Source: Lingula anatina (lineage: Eukaryota > Animalia > Brachiopoda). From it: a DNA stretch of 64,000 nucleotides. The DNA lies in NCBI GenBank assembly GCA_051362555.1, contig CM120647.1, forward strand, positions 14,050,651 through 14,114,650, read 5' to 3'. Within the stretch, counting starts at the first letter, position 1. The number at the start of each line of letters is the position of its first letter. The position numbers and the translations under genes were made by a program. Shown here in pieces: positions 39,190 through 51,720 of the stretch. The notes below the pieces were generated by a model. It was given only the letters and a program-made list of their open reading frames with translations. It was not told the origin of the DNA and made no database searches.

Positions 39190-42100
39190 TTTTTAAAACA
39201 GCCAAGGTCAAATAAAATCTGATAAGATAAGGTTTACTTTCAGTATAATAGAATAAATATGAAGTGAAATGAATATCATCACACAAAAAGTAAAAATATG
39301 TTATATACTGATATTAAGACCAGATTCATTATTTTTCACTGAACCCGGCTTTTAAAAAATCCCTAGATGAATTAGCATAGGATTTCCTATAGGTTCCTAT
39401 AGAAATTCCTATAAGATTTCCTAAAGGATCCTATAGGAATTTTTGTAACGTTCTGAACATAAATTAAAATCAAAATTCTATACTGATATTTAAACCAGAT
39501 TCATTATTTTTCATTCAACCCGACCTTATAAAAAATAGCCTACCTGTATGAATGAGCATAAGATTTCCTATAGGTTCCTTTCGAAATCCCTATAAGATTT
39601 CCTATAGGATACTATAGGAATTGTGGTAATGGTCTGAGCATAAATTAAAAATTAAAATACTATACTGATATTTAAACCAGATTCATTATAATTCTGTGGT
39701 AGTGCTGTTAGCGTTCAGTGTACTTTGTCTGTGATGCTGTATGAGTGTTTTTTTTTTTTTGTTTGTTTGTTTGTTTGTTTTTTTTTCTTTTTTTTTTTTT
39801 TTTTTTGTGGTGTGTTCCCTAACGAAAAAGTCCTATAGGATCCTATAGGAAATTGGGCCAATTTCCTATAGGATCCTTTAGGATCTTATAGGATCCTATA
39901 GGACTTTTTTGTAAGGGTTGTGCTGTCCCAAACACAGGAAGTCAGCCTCCTTCTGAGAGAGGATACCAGAGAGATCAAATATAACCAAGGTAAGAATCAG
40001 ACACTGTTACAATTCATTATTATTCATTCACCCCGGCCTTATTAAAATTTCCTATATGAATTAGCATAGGATTTCCTACAGGTTCCTAAAGAAATTCCTA
40101 TAAGATTTCCTATAGGATCCTATGGGAATTTTTGTATTGGTCTGAACATAAATTAAAAATTAAAATTATATACTGATATTTAAACCAGATTCATTATTTT
40201 TCATTCAACCTGGCCTTATAAAAATTCCCTGTATAAATTAGCAAAGGATTTCCTATGGGTTGCTATCGAAATCCCTATAAAATTTCCTATAGGATACTAT
40301 AGAAATTTTTGCAATGGTCGGAACATAAATTAAACATTAAAATTATATACTGATAAAAAGAACATATTCATTAGTTTTCATTCAACCCAACGTTATAAAA
40401 ATTCCCTTTATGAGTTAGCATAGCATTTCCTATAGGTTCCTATAGAAATTCCAATAAGATTTCCTATAAGATCCTATAGGAATTTTTGTAATGTTCTGAA
40501 CATAAATTTAACAATAAAATTATATACTGATATTTAGACCTGATTCATTATTTTTCATTCAACCCAAGCTTATAAGAATTTACTATATGAGTAAGCATAG
40601 CATTTCCTATAAGTTCATATAGAAATTCCTATAAGATTTCCTATAGGATCCTATAGGAATTTTGTTATATTCATTATAAAAGAATCCTGGTGAATTAGCA
40701 TAAGATTTCCTATAGGTTCCTATAGAAATTCCTATAAGATTTCCTATAGAATCCTATAGGAATTTTTGTAATGCTCTGATATAAGTTCCTGAACATAAAT
40801 TAAAAATTATATACTGATGTTTAGACCACATTCATTATTTTTCATTCAACCTGGCCTTCTAAAAATCCCCTGTATGAATAAGCATAGGATTTTCTATAGG
40901 TTCCTATCAAAATCCCTATAAGATTTCCTATAGGATCCTATGGGAATTTTTGTAATGGTCTGAACATAAATTTAAAATTAAAATTATTTACTGATTATTA
41001 GACCAGATTCATTATTTTCATTCAACCCGGCCTTGTAAAAATGTCCTATATGAATTAGCATAGGATTTCCCTTAGAAATTCCTATAAGATTTCCTATAGG
41101 TCCCTATAGAAATTCCTATAAGATTTCCTATAGGATCCTATAAGAAATTTTTGTAATGGTCTGAACATAAATTTAAAAAAATAATTTCAGCTTCAATGAT
41201 TTGGTACAAAAACATTCCTAATGATAAAATATTTCTCCATAAAAGATTACTTTACAAATGATCAGTTTTTTCAAGATTTCTTTAAAATAGAAATTAAAGA
41301 ATTTCTACAGAATCCTATAGAAGACTATAAGATTGTGCATTATAAACAATATAAAGAATATATATTTTTTTTTTTTGCTTTAATAGTGACATATAATTGA
41401 CAATTCAACTGATAAAATTGACTTATATCAAATATCTATTGTTTAGAATGATATTTGTTTATAAGATATGCATTTTTCTCAAGATTTTAACTTGTAACAA
41501 TTTCTTATTTGATCCTATTGGAAATCCTATAGGAAAGGTGCCCTATAGGATCTTATAAGATTTCCTATAGGATCCTATAGGAATATTTGTAATAGTCTGA
41601 ACATAAATTAAACATTAAAATTACGTACTGATATTTAGACCAGATTCATTAGCCTATAGGATCCTGTAGGAAAATTTCGTAAGGGGATAAAAATCTGACT
41701 AGATAAGGCTAACTTTCAATATAATGGCTAGGTCAAGTAAAGTCTGACTATAAGCAAGATGAAAATCTGATTAGATAAGGTTGACTTTTAATATAATAGA
41801 AGAAGTATGAAGTAAGTGAATATCATCATAAAAATTGTAAAAATACATAATATACTGATATTTAGACCAGATTCATTTTTTTTATTCAACCCTTATAAAA
41901 CTCGCCTGTATGAATTATCATAGGATTTCCTTTAGAAATTCCTATAAGATTTCCTATAGGATCCTATAGAAATTTCTATAAGACTTCCTATAGGATCCTA
42001 TAGAAATTCCTATAAGATTTCCTAGAGGATCCTATAGAAATTCCTATAAGCTTTCCTATAGGATTTTTTAAAATGGTCTGACCATAGATTTAAAAAGATA

Positions 42101-42670
42101 TTCAGCTTCAATCATTTGGTACAAAAACATTCCTAATGATAAAATATTTCTCCATAAAAGATTGCTTTACAAATGATAAATTTTTTTCAAGATTTTTCAA
42201 AATCCTGTAAGATTTCCTATAGGAAATTCTATTTTTTCTACTGAACTGAACATAAATTTAATAAAAAAATTAGCTTCAATGATTTGGTACAAAAATATTT
42301 CTGATGATAAAATATTTATCCATAAAAGATTGCTTTACAAATGATCAATTTTTTTCAAGATTTTTTAAATATAGATATTAAAGATTTTCTACAGAATCCT
42401 ATAGAAGACTATAAGATTGTGCATTATAAACAATATAAAGAATTTTTTTTTTTTGCTTTAATAGTGATATATAATTGACAATTCAACTGATAAAATTGAC
42501 TTTTATCACATATCCATTGTTTAGAATAATATTTGTTTATAAGATATGCATCAAGATTTTCACTTACAAAAATTTCTTATAGGATCCTATAGGAAATCAT
42601 ATAGGAAAGGTGCCCTGTAGCATCCTTTAAGATTTCCTATAGGATCCTATAGGAAATTTTCGTAAGGGAT
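39190..42670. repeat. ~177-180-bp tandem satellite rich in CCTATAGG palindromes, with higher-order duplications
   Basis: Unit atactgatattta(a/g)accagattcattatttttcattcaaccc...ttcctataggatcctataggaattttt recurs near 39305, 39481, 39662, 40170, 40347, 40525, 40811, 40989 and 41852. 41040-41600 is repeated at ~41900-42670. Confidence 0.9.
39817..39917. mobile_element. 101-bp palindromic mini-MITE (CCC termini, 2-bp TT duplication)
   Basis: tt|CCCTAACGAAAAAGTCCTATAGG...CCTATAGGACTTTTTTGTAAGGG|tt. Confidence 0.65.
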
Positions 42671-43946
42671 GTAAAATAACAATAATTCAGTTCATGAATT
42701 GATCTTCATTTCTGCAACCATTTGCTTAGACATATATGAAAAGTGCACTTTTGTATGAATAAAAGTAAACCTGAAATGCAAAACATTGTTGACATTATGT
42801 CGCACAATTTCTACCTGTATGACAGATTATTAGGGGCCCTTTCCTTGCAGTTGATAACACTGATGTGAAAAATATTTACATACTTATAATGATGCAATGC
42901 AACAAGTACATCGATTGCATGAGCATATGAAGCTGAATTAAGTCACCATAATTGAGAAACCTGTTTATATTTTTAATCTATATCTAGTGAAATGCTTGAT
43001 TGAAGACTCATGATTGATATGTGCTGTGTGCAATAATTGTGTATGGGTATGTACATATAAGGCCTTAGATGCTGTTACTACACAATTTGTCAATTAATTT
43101 GGGAGAAGTCCACAACTGGTTGTCACAGTTGTTAAGAATACGCCACCTACAAGATCTAAATTTCTTGTAGTTAAAGAACATTCATCTTTTTCTGCATATC
43201 AGACTATCTGTGGAAGGAGCACCATACAAAATTTTACATTTCTTGCAAATTTTTCCATTTATCCTTTAAAAATATGAGAAAGAAAAAGTGTTTTTATTAT
43301 GTCTTGTGCTTCTGCTCACAATTCTGAATAAATAGAATACCTCTCCTAGTTGTGTGCAAGCTATCAGGATAACAACTCCAAAACAACGAATGAACACTGC
43401 ATTTGACTTTGGGTATACATTTTCTTCAACAATCCCCGTCAGACCATGTGACGAAAGGTTTGTAGTGTACATACATGACATTGTTACATGTGACCAAAAT
43501 TTTTGAAAGGGATGAGGAGACATTTTAGAGTCATAAGCAATTGACATGCATGGCAGAATGATTTTTGTTTTCTACAGAGTTGTGATAACTGGAATTGAGA
43601 ACAAATAAAAATACACGGCAGATTCTCTTCAAAAACAATCATTAAAAGAGCAAAGTTAGGAAAAACAAGTAAAATTCAGAACCCAATGATCATTTTTCAA
43701 AATTTCTCTGACAAATAAGAAGAACTGATCTGTTCTTTCAGTGTTATATTTTCAGATCTGAGTGTCGCTTCATACAAACCCAATTAAATAACTCCTGTCA
43801 TGCACTGGATTTCAGTCTCCTGTTTCAGTCTCCATGTTCAGATCTTATCTCCTCAGCTGGTCACAAAGGTCGAGGAACATTTTTTGCTGCTTCTACCTTG
43901 TGTGTCAACTAGCTGCCTTTTGTACCTGTCATTAAAAGCTTCCGTG

Positions 43947-43998
<52 letters not shown>

Positions 43999-44937
43999 TT
44001 GCACCTAATCAGTGTGGCTTGGTGGGAAAATGCCTGATCAATTTCCTAAATATAAATTAATAAAAAAGATAACAATAGTGATTTTTATTCATATTGTAAC
44101 TTACAACATTACAGTTGGAAGGAGCAGAATTTAACATTTTTACAAAGTGCAAATTTATTTCATGAGGTTATGCTATACACCTAAGGTAGAATATACTTTC
44201 CAAATATAACACTAAACCAAAGCGACAATTAAGCCACTAACTTCCAAATACACTTCATACTTGATTTAATTGGCCCAGCGCATGCTGCTGTGTACAAATA
44301 TAGCCTTGACACAAAATGACAATAATGCTAACCAGGTATTATAAAGAGGTAGGTGACAGCCGATAAAATCCGTAGAGGACCGTAACTCATAACAAATTAC
44401 ACCCAAAGCAATAAGTGAGTCTTCATAATAAAAGTCGAAACCCTGCCTGGGTATTTCCACACATTTTAACAACGCACTCTCCACCCAAACTTTTTGGGCA
44501 CTACTTTAAATATATATGGAGTGTACGTGTGGCCCAAACGTACACACCTACGTCTTTGGTCTTCTACATTTTTTTTTTTTTTTTTTTGCAGTAATTCATC
44601 AATTTGCTCGGTTTAATATCAAAGAAAACACAGAAAACAAAAAAAATGAACCACAGACATGGCTTGTTCATGCGCAGCGAACGATTCCGGTCTCCCTACA
44701 GTATGGCTGCCATTTGTTTTGATGACGCAGGCTCTAGTGGGTCTATTGTGGTAAAAATATTGAAAAAAAATAAGGTTTTATAAACATCGCAATAAAAGCT
44801 AATATGTAGCAGTGGGGAAATGATAATCGAAGACCAACGTCAAACAGGGGAAAAGTCTGACAATCTGATAACGTGTCCCCTTTACATTATAGTACTGTTT
44901 ATTGTGATATCGCTTAAAGAGGAGGTGGGTCTAACTA

Positions 44938-46325
44938 CACACACTGAACAAAAGAAGTGTCACCCCCTAACTCAGAGTAATGAAAGTAGGCAGATCTTGG
45001 GTACTTATAATGCCTGGTCTACTTATAATGTGACTAATGAGTATAAAACCGCTATACCATGGAATTGTATTGTTGGTCTTGTACATGTACAGCAAATGTT
45101 ATTCCTGTCTTCCTCCAGTATGGCAAGATACAGGTAATTATCTAACGGTTATAGGTGCAAGTTATTAACCTGAAGATGCGGAATATAAGCGATGTCAGAA
45201 TATCGATACAATTGAATTGTTCAGTCAGAACCGTGCAGAGGGTCTGGTCTCGGTATAGAAACACTGGATCAAGAGACAAATTGCCTCTGATGGGTTGTCC
45301 AAGAAAAAATACTGGCCTTGAAGACCGACGACTGATTTTGATGTCCAGGTTGTCAAAGTTCGACACTGCTTGTCAGTTGACAACACAGTGGAACAATTTC
45401 ACACATAAGAATGTGTCTGTGAAAATTGTTAGGCGTCGGTTACATGCTCAGAGAGTGTACAGCAGGGTAGCAAGACTGAAACCTCTTATATCGTTACAAA
45501 ACAGGCAACGTAGAGTAAACTAGGGTCAACAGGATCTGGAACTGGACAGTTCATGACAATTGGTCCTATATATTTTTTCTGATGAGTGTCACTTTGGTCT
45601 GACCTCTGATGACAGACGGGTACTATGCTGGCAAACTGCTGGTAAAGCATTTAAACCACATGCACTGAATTTTCGAACCCGGAGCAGCATATTCATTATG
45701 GTGTGGGGCTGCATCAGCATCCATGGCTTGGGCGAATTGATAGTGGTTAATGGAAACATGAATCACTAGAAATATTTCGATGTTTTGGAGTCAGGCTTGC
45801 TACCATCTATTACTAACATGTTTGGTGAAAGGAATTATCCATCTGTTCACCAGGATGACAATGCTCCTTGTCACAGGCCCAGAGCAGTTGATGATTGGTT
45901 TGACCAACAGGACATTCGCAGGGTGATGTGGCCTGCCCAGAGTCCGGATACAAACATAATAGAAAATGTGTGGAATGATATGTCAAAACTTTTTACAAAT
46001 GCCCGTCTAACCAGCAGAGAAACTCTGTTATATTCAGTGTTTCATGCTTGGGCCAGCGTAAGAGCGTAACGCATCAGACAATTAAATGAATCCTTGCTTC
46101 GTAGACTGGCACCTATTATTAGGTCACGTGGCTATGCCACTAAGTACTAATTTTGGACTTGAAACTACATATTATGGTAGAATGTATATTTTGTTCTCAT
46201 TTTGTGATTTTTTTTGTGAAATCTGATGTTAATAAAATGATACCAGGAGCATATCATTCCACAGTCATTTATCTCCCCCATAGTATTGGCTCAGTAGGTG
46301 TGACACTTCTTTTGTCCAGTGTGTG
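44938..46325 (+). mobile_element. Tc1 transposon, copy B (near-identical to copy A, opposite orientation)
   Basis: TA-flanked TIRs CACACACTG(A/G)ACAAAAGAAGTGTCAC. ORF pieces 45155-45523, 45560-45769 and 45785-46069 form a DD34E-type transposase with stops. Confidence 0.93.
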
Positions 46326-46834
46326 TATAGCTCGAAATCTATTGTTAAACGCAATTGTTGTCTCTTCTCATACAAAGTAAAAACATGCCTTTACAGTTAC
46401 TGTGTGTTCGGCTGCTGTGAAGAAACGCCCTGTCGAACAGATTTTGCTATATTTAAATACACTAGCGACTTGTTTTAGATCACTGTAGTGAGAAAGCATA
46501 CGTGCGACACCGGCCAATAACAGTCAAGTATAGAATTGACATCTTATATTTTAGATGCACATACATATAACGCAATGAGAGCTGAGCATTACACCTCGAT
46601 TACTAACGTCCATTTTAAAGCAACAACGAGAAAAAGGGCGCCCTGTCATAGTTATGTGACATGGGTGATGAGATGATAATATTCAAAAGTAAACGAAAAG
46701 GTTTATATAAACAACAGAATAGGAGAAAATAGCTAGCAGTGGCGCAAGCGCTATTGAACTCCAGCGTGGAGCAGGGGGGAGTCTGACTGTGTGTATTAAC
46801 AGTGTAAGACATCGGTTAAAGAGGAGGGGGGTTG

Positions 46835-49800
46835 TAGTCGAGTCGCCACTCCCATAGGCCCAATAGTCGAACCCTGCAATGTTCTTTCCTGTAAACTTTT
46901 TTTTGCTGAAATGTATTCTTCAGGCCGAGAGAAGCAAAATTAGCTTGGTTGCTATTTCCGAGACCTTGAGCATTTTACAATATGGCCGTCAATTTATGAG
47001 GAAAAATAGAAAAACGACCAGAAGTCGCCGGGTAAACTTTATTGGCAGCTTTTTTGAACGTGTATCCTATCAGGAGAGCACAACAGTACTAGTGAATACG
47101 CTTAAGCCCGTTACATATAGCAAAAAACCAAAATGGCCGTCAAAACATAAGGCAGAAAAATGATAAAAGCTGCAGAATCAGTTTGTTTTTTGCATATTTA
47201 TTTTTATTAAAACCATATCCCCTTTTTATATTTATGTTAATTATAATATTTTGTTAGTCATGACCTGAAACTCTTGGAATAAGCTTATCTGACAGTTCAA
47301 TAACCCCCCAAGAGTCTTTTTGCTACTTCTCCGGGTCCCATAGTCAAATACTTAAAATGTTATTCCCTGAATTTTTAAAAAGAATTTACACTTTGGGAGT
47401 ATAAAAGCCAATTTAATTTGGCTTTCTTGGCAGTGGCTAGATATGGAACATTGATTAATTTTCAAAATTCAAGATGGCCGTCAATAATATAAAAATATAT
47501 TATAATATCAATTTATTATAAATAAATAATTATGTAACATAGCAAAGAGTCGGGTTTAAAGTGCATGGTATTCTGCATTTCAAATGACCGCTAAAACATC
47601 CCCAAAAAAGTAAAAAAGCTGTTAAATTACGTTTTAAACTGATAATTTGGCGTATAATAAAATATATCCAACCCTGTTATTATTGACAAAGTGTACTTGT
47701 AAGGTACAGTTATACTAAGACGCTATAAAAGAGGATCATTGTTGGACTGACCATTACGTAAGTTCTATTTTTAATGCAGAAAGTTTATCAAGGGGCAACA
47801 AGGGGTTCTGCAGGAATTTGGGCACAGGGAGTCCAAAATGTTAATCTGCAATCGGGACTCTTATATTTACATGGAGTCCAACCAAGTCCGTTGGTGGGGA
47901 TGGGAGGGGGTGAGTGTGATTTAATTTAACTTTTGTCAAAATATTAACCTTATTATTATTTTTTTTTCGTTTTTGTTTTTAAATTTATCATACCTTAATG
48001 TTTTAATTTTATATCTTTATTATAACTTTTTCAGTATGTACATAAAGTTTAGCTTTAAAACTTCCCATTCTTTTTATTGAGATTGGCACGTGTAAGAATA
48101 TTCCTTCAGTATATAGCAGCATTTCTAGTTTTTCTTATTACTGCACTTTTTCACTTTACATTTTAAAGAGTCAATAAGCAAAACATCTTACAAATCTTTT
48201 GGTTATACATGTATACTGACAGCCATTAAAATCTTTGAGGCCATATTTTTCAAAATAATTGTTATTTTGAAGCTCTAAACTGGATTATTTTCATACGAAT
48301 CATTTGTTTAGGACATTGGTATACAGAACCAAAAATCTTAAGTTTCATGAATAGTTTCAAAACAAAAATGGCACCAGCCCAACACAAAGTCACAACGGTC
48401 AATAGCCGGTACGATCTCCGCTTGCTTCGATGCAGGCGGCAATCTGTTGGCGCATGCTCGGGCAATAAATGTGGATGGGATGGTGTCGTGTGGAATCCTA
48501 TTCCAGCCTTGTCGTAGTGCCCCGATCAGCTGCTGCCTTGGCCAACGGACGGCCAAGATATATGTAGTACCAGATGTGTTCAATCAGATTCATATCCGGA
48601 AAATAGACAGGCCGGGAAAGGACATCCACCTTTGGAACTCCAAATACACTTGGATCATTTGTGCCGAATGTGAACGGGTCGTGTCCTGTTGGGAAAAGGT
48701 GATATCAGGTTTCTGCTGCATGAACGAGGTTATGTGAGGTTGCAGGATCTGATCTATGTAGTGACGAGCAGTTACTGGTATGTTGCCATCAACGACCACC
48801 ATCGATTGACCGCCAGCAACTGTCGACGCACAGTGGGGCTGCTGCTCCGGTTGTTGTTCCTGCCGGGTGCCTCTTGTGCTGTAAGACTGGCATGGCGAAA
48901 CTGTCCCCGTAGCTGATGCAACCTGTTGTAGCGATCCTGGTCTGGAGTTGACACTGTCTCGCCCTGGCTGCGGTATATCGCTAACAGAACCAGGCATGTT
49001 GTGGCATTTAACCAGGTTCCTGATTGTGGGTTGGGAACAGCCCATACATTATAGCTCAAATCAGACTCCCCTCCCACCCAGTGCCCAGAGATGTGCGTTG
49101 TTCACATGATAGACATGGCATGATTCCGTTCACTGGACTAACAACATGGGTGGCTGGGTGGCCTTTTTTGGGCCTTTATAGGCCTCCAAAACCAATCATC
49201 AAAATGTGCAGATGCCCATTGAGTATTGTTCAATGTGTATTTGGTCCATTTTTGCAAAGAAAAAAAAAAGCTTACCAATGTGCAATGGACCATGGCAACA
49301 TGACAACTCATCATTATCTTAACTACCCGAGCACTAAGTCATCAATAAATGCACAATGAATAATAACATCTACCCTACAAGTAAAAAAATGCATACATTA
49401 CTATCTCAAAGCTTCCATTATGTGTAAGTATATATTGGCAAAAACATCATTTCGAATACATGATGTCGATGGATAGCCCTCGCATATCCCCGTACTATGT
49501 CACGTTGTCCAGAATATCTGACCTCATGGGCCCTAACCTCTGGGTTTGTACACCCCTGCTTGGATCTCGGTTATTTATAATTAAATTCATTATTAAACAA
49601 CAAAAATGCCTTTACCCATAGCTGTTAAAATATTTAAAAAGTTTACAAAAAAAAGGATAAGAATAATCTAACCTGAAGAAAACGATTTGGCGCCTTTTTA
49701 TTTCAAAATGATTTAGTTTACACATACTAGAATGATAATACCTTTCATTAATTTTTGATTTAGAATGAAAAACTAGTTGTCAGGAATGAGATATCCGCAG

Positions 49801-50810
49801 TCAATGTTTGGTTTGATCATAGAGCAGCATTGACGGACATATTGGTTTTCGTTTTTCGTATCATTTAACCTAAAAATGTTTTATTGTGTGCTGTGTCTTG
49901 AACGCAGGTATATCGTTTTTCACTTTATATATGTATTTATATTTGTTCCAGTTAAAGTCTATTTCAGTTAAAAGCTTTGTAGTTTTACAGTTGTTTCTTT
50001 GCCCTTCCATTATGTTTTGGAGGCCATTTTTATTAAAATAACTTGAAATAACAAAATGAAATAAATGATCGCACTTTGCATAGATATAAATATAGATATG
50101 CAATGATGAACAATGGAGTGAAGCATTAATTTTTTATTTGAATGTATGGCTCTTGCTATTCACATAACAAATTGACTGCCATCTTGGATTTTGAAAAAAT
50201 TGTAAATATCTCGTAATATAAGATTCTCTATGTTTTGTAACCCAGATGAAACAATTTCTTTTTAAAAAGCTTGCAAGATATAACATAGCAAGCTTTGACT
50301 ATGGGGCTCGACGGAGTGGCAAATGGCCTGTCAGGAGATGGCACTGTCTGCCATCATCTGATTAACGTCAAATAAGCAGTTTCTGAGAGTTTAGGATCAT
50401 GACTAACAAATTATCATAATGGACATAAATAAAAAAGGCGGAAATGTTTTTAATAAACCTTAATTTACAAAAAACGAACTTATTTTGCAGCTGTTTTTAC
50501 TTTCTGCCATATGTTTTGACGGCCATTTTGGCTTTTTTGCTATATGTAACGGGCTTAAGTGTATTCACTAGTACTGTTGTGCTCTCCAGATAGGGTACAC
50601 GTTCAAAAAAGCTGTCAATAAAGTTTACCTGGCGACTTCTGGTCGTTTTTCTATTTTTTCTCATAAATTGACGGCCATATTGAAAAATGCTCAAGGTATC
50701 AGAAATAGCAATCAAGCTAATTTTGCTTCTCTCGACCTAAAGAATGCATTTCAGGGAAAAAAGTTTACTGGAAAAAACATTGCTGGGTTAGCGTTCTGGC
50801 TACTCGACTA
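46835..50810. mobile_element. Non-autonomous long-TIR element, Academ-like (second family)
   Basis: Termini TAGTCGAGT(C/A)GCCA; ~650-bp inverted repeats (46835-47490 vs 50170-50810), which explain the mirror ORFs 46879-47163 and 50497-50715; flanks ttg/tta. Confidence 0.7.
48214..49430 (-). mobile_element. Degenerate Tc1 element nested in the Academ-like element
   Basis: TA-flanked imperfect TIRs (TACTGACA..CTTTGAG). Transposase remnants: MGCSQPTIRNLVK, STPDQDRY, VVDGN..TARHYIDQILQPH, QQDTTRSH. Confidence 0.75.
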
Positions 50811-51720
50811 TTACTATAGCTCGGAATTAATTGTTAAATGCGATTGTTATCACGCCTTTGCAATTAGTGTGTCTTTGTCAGTTCTGTCACCTTGTGGTTG
50901 GACATCACCCACGTTAAGAGGAGGCACACATTAACCATATGCGGATTTTGGCCCCACCCTTCCCTTACAGGGCTTAGACTGGTCATTATGTACCACCATG
51001 GCGCTTTTCTTTTTGTTTTTATCTTATTTAAAATTTGAAGGGACCTAGCCATATGGGCTGTAATTTCTTTGAACAACCGGGTTTTAACATTTTATTATAT
51101 ACCTTAACTCTAGGACACCCTTACACTATTGACTGACCCTAATTTGTACTAATCATATGGGACCCTGGACTCCCATTCCTAGGGCAAGCATTACTGTCAC
51201 ACCGGCACAGAAATTTAGCAATTTAGCTTTGAATATTGATTACTTCAAAAGCTGGAGTTTTTTGCCCATTTTCCTTTAACGGTAATTAAAACAAACAATG
51301 TGTTTTTTTCAGTAAAATGTATTATTTAGAGTCTTTCCAAACGTTTAAAATTCACTACTATGAGATCATCAAATATGTATATGATTTACGGTCGGGCAAC
51401 AGTTTATGTATTCAACGTTCAAATATGAATTATCAGAAATTGTCTCAGAAACCTAAACAAGGGACCAAGATATTCCTTACAAATAGGGTTAGAAACAAGT
51501 AAATACGAAAGACTAGCTTACTGTTTCGTTTTATTCGCCCAGCATGTTTTGGAGATAGGAGTATATGCCGTCAAGACCTTTTCATATTAACAAAAACGTT
51601 ATATCTTTTTTATTATTATCAGTAGGAAGGCATTGAATAAATTTTGTTGACATCGCATTTGCTTGGTCATAAAAAAGGTGATTTAAAAAAGATTGGTAAT
51701 ATTATGGTTATCTACTACAG

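Noticed and set aside
39190-42670. CRISPR-like array
   Set aside because: The sequence between palindromes is itself repeated (no unique spacers), there are no cas genes, and the context is eukaryotic.
46879-47163. Duplicated ORF pair with 50497-50715 (likewise 2645-2833 and 5215-5403)
   Set aside because: These are by-products of long terminal inverted repeats, with no protein-family signal.
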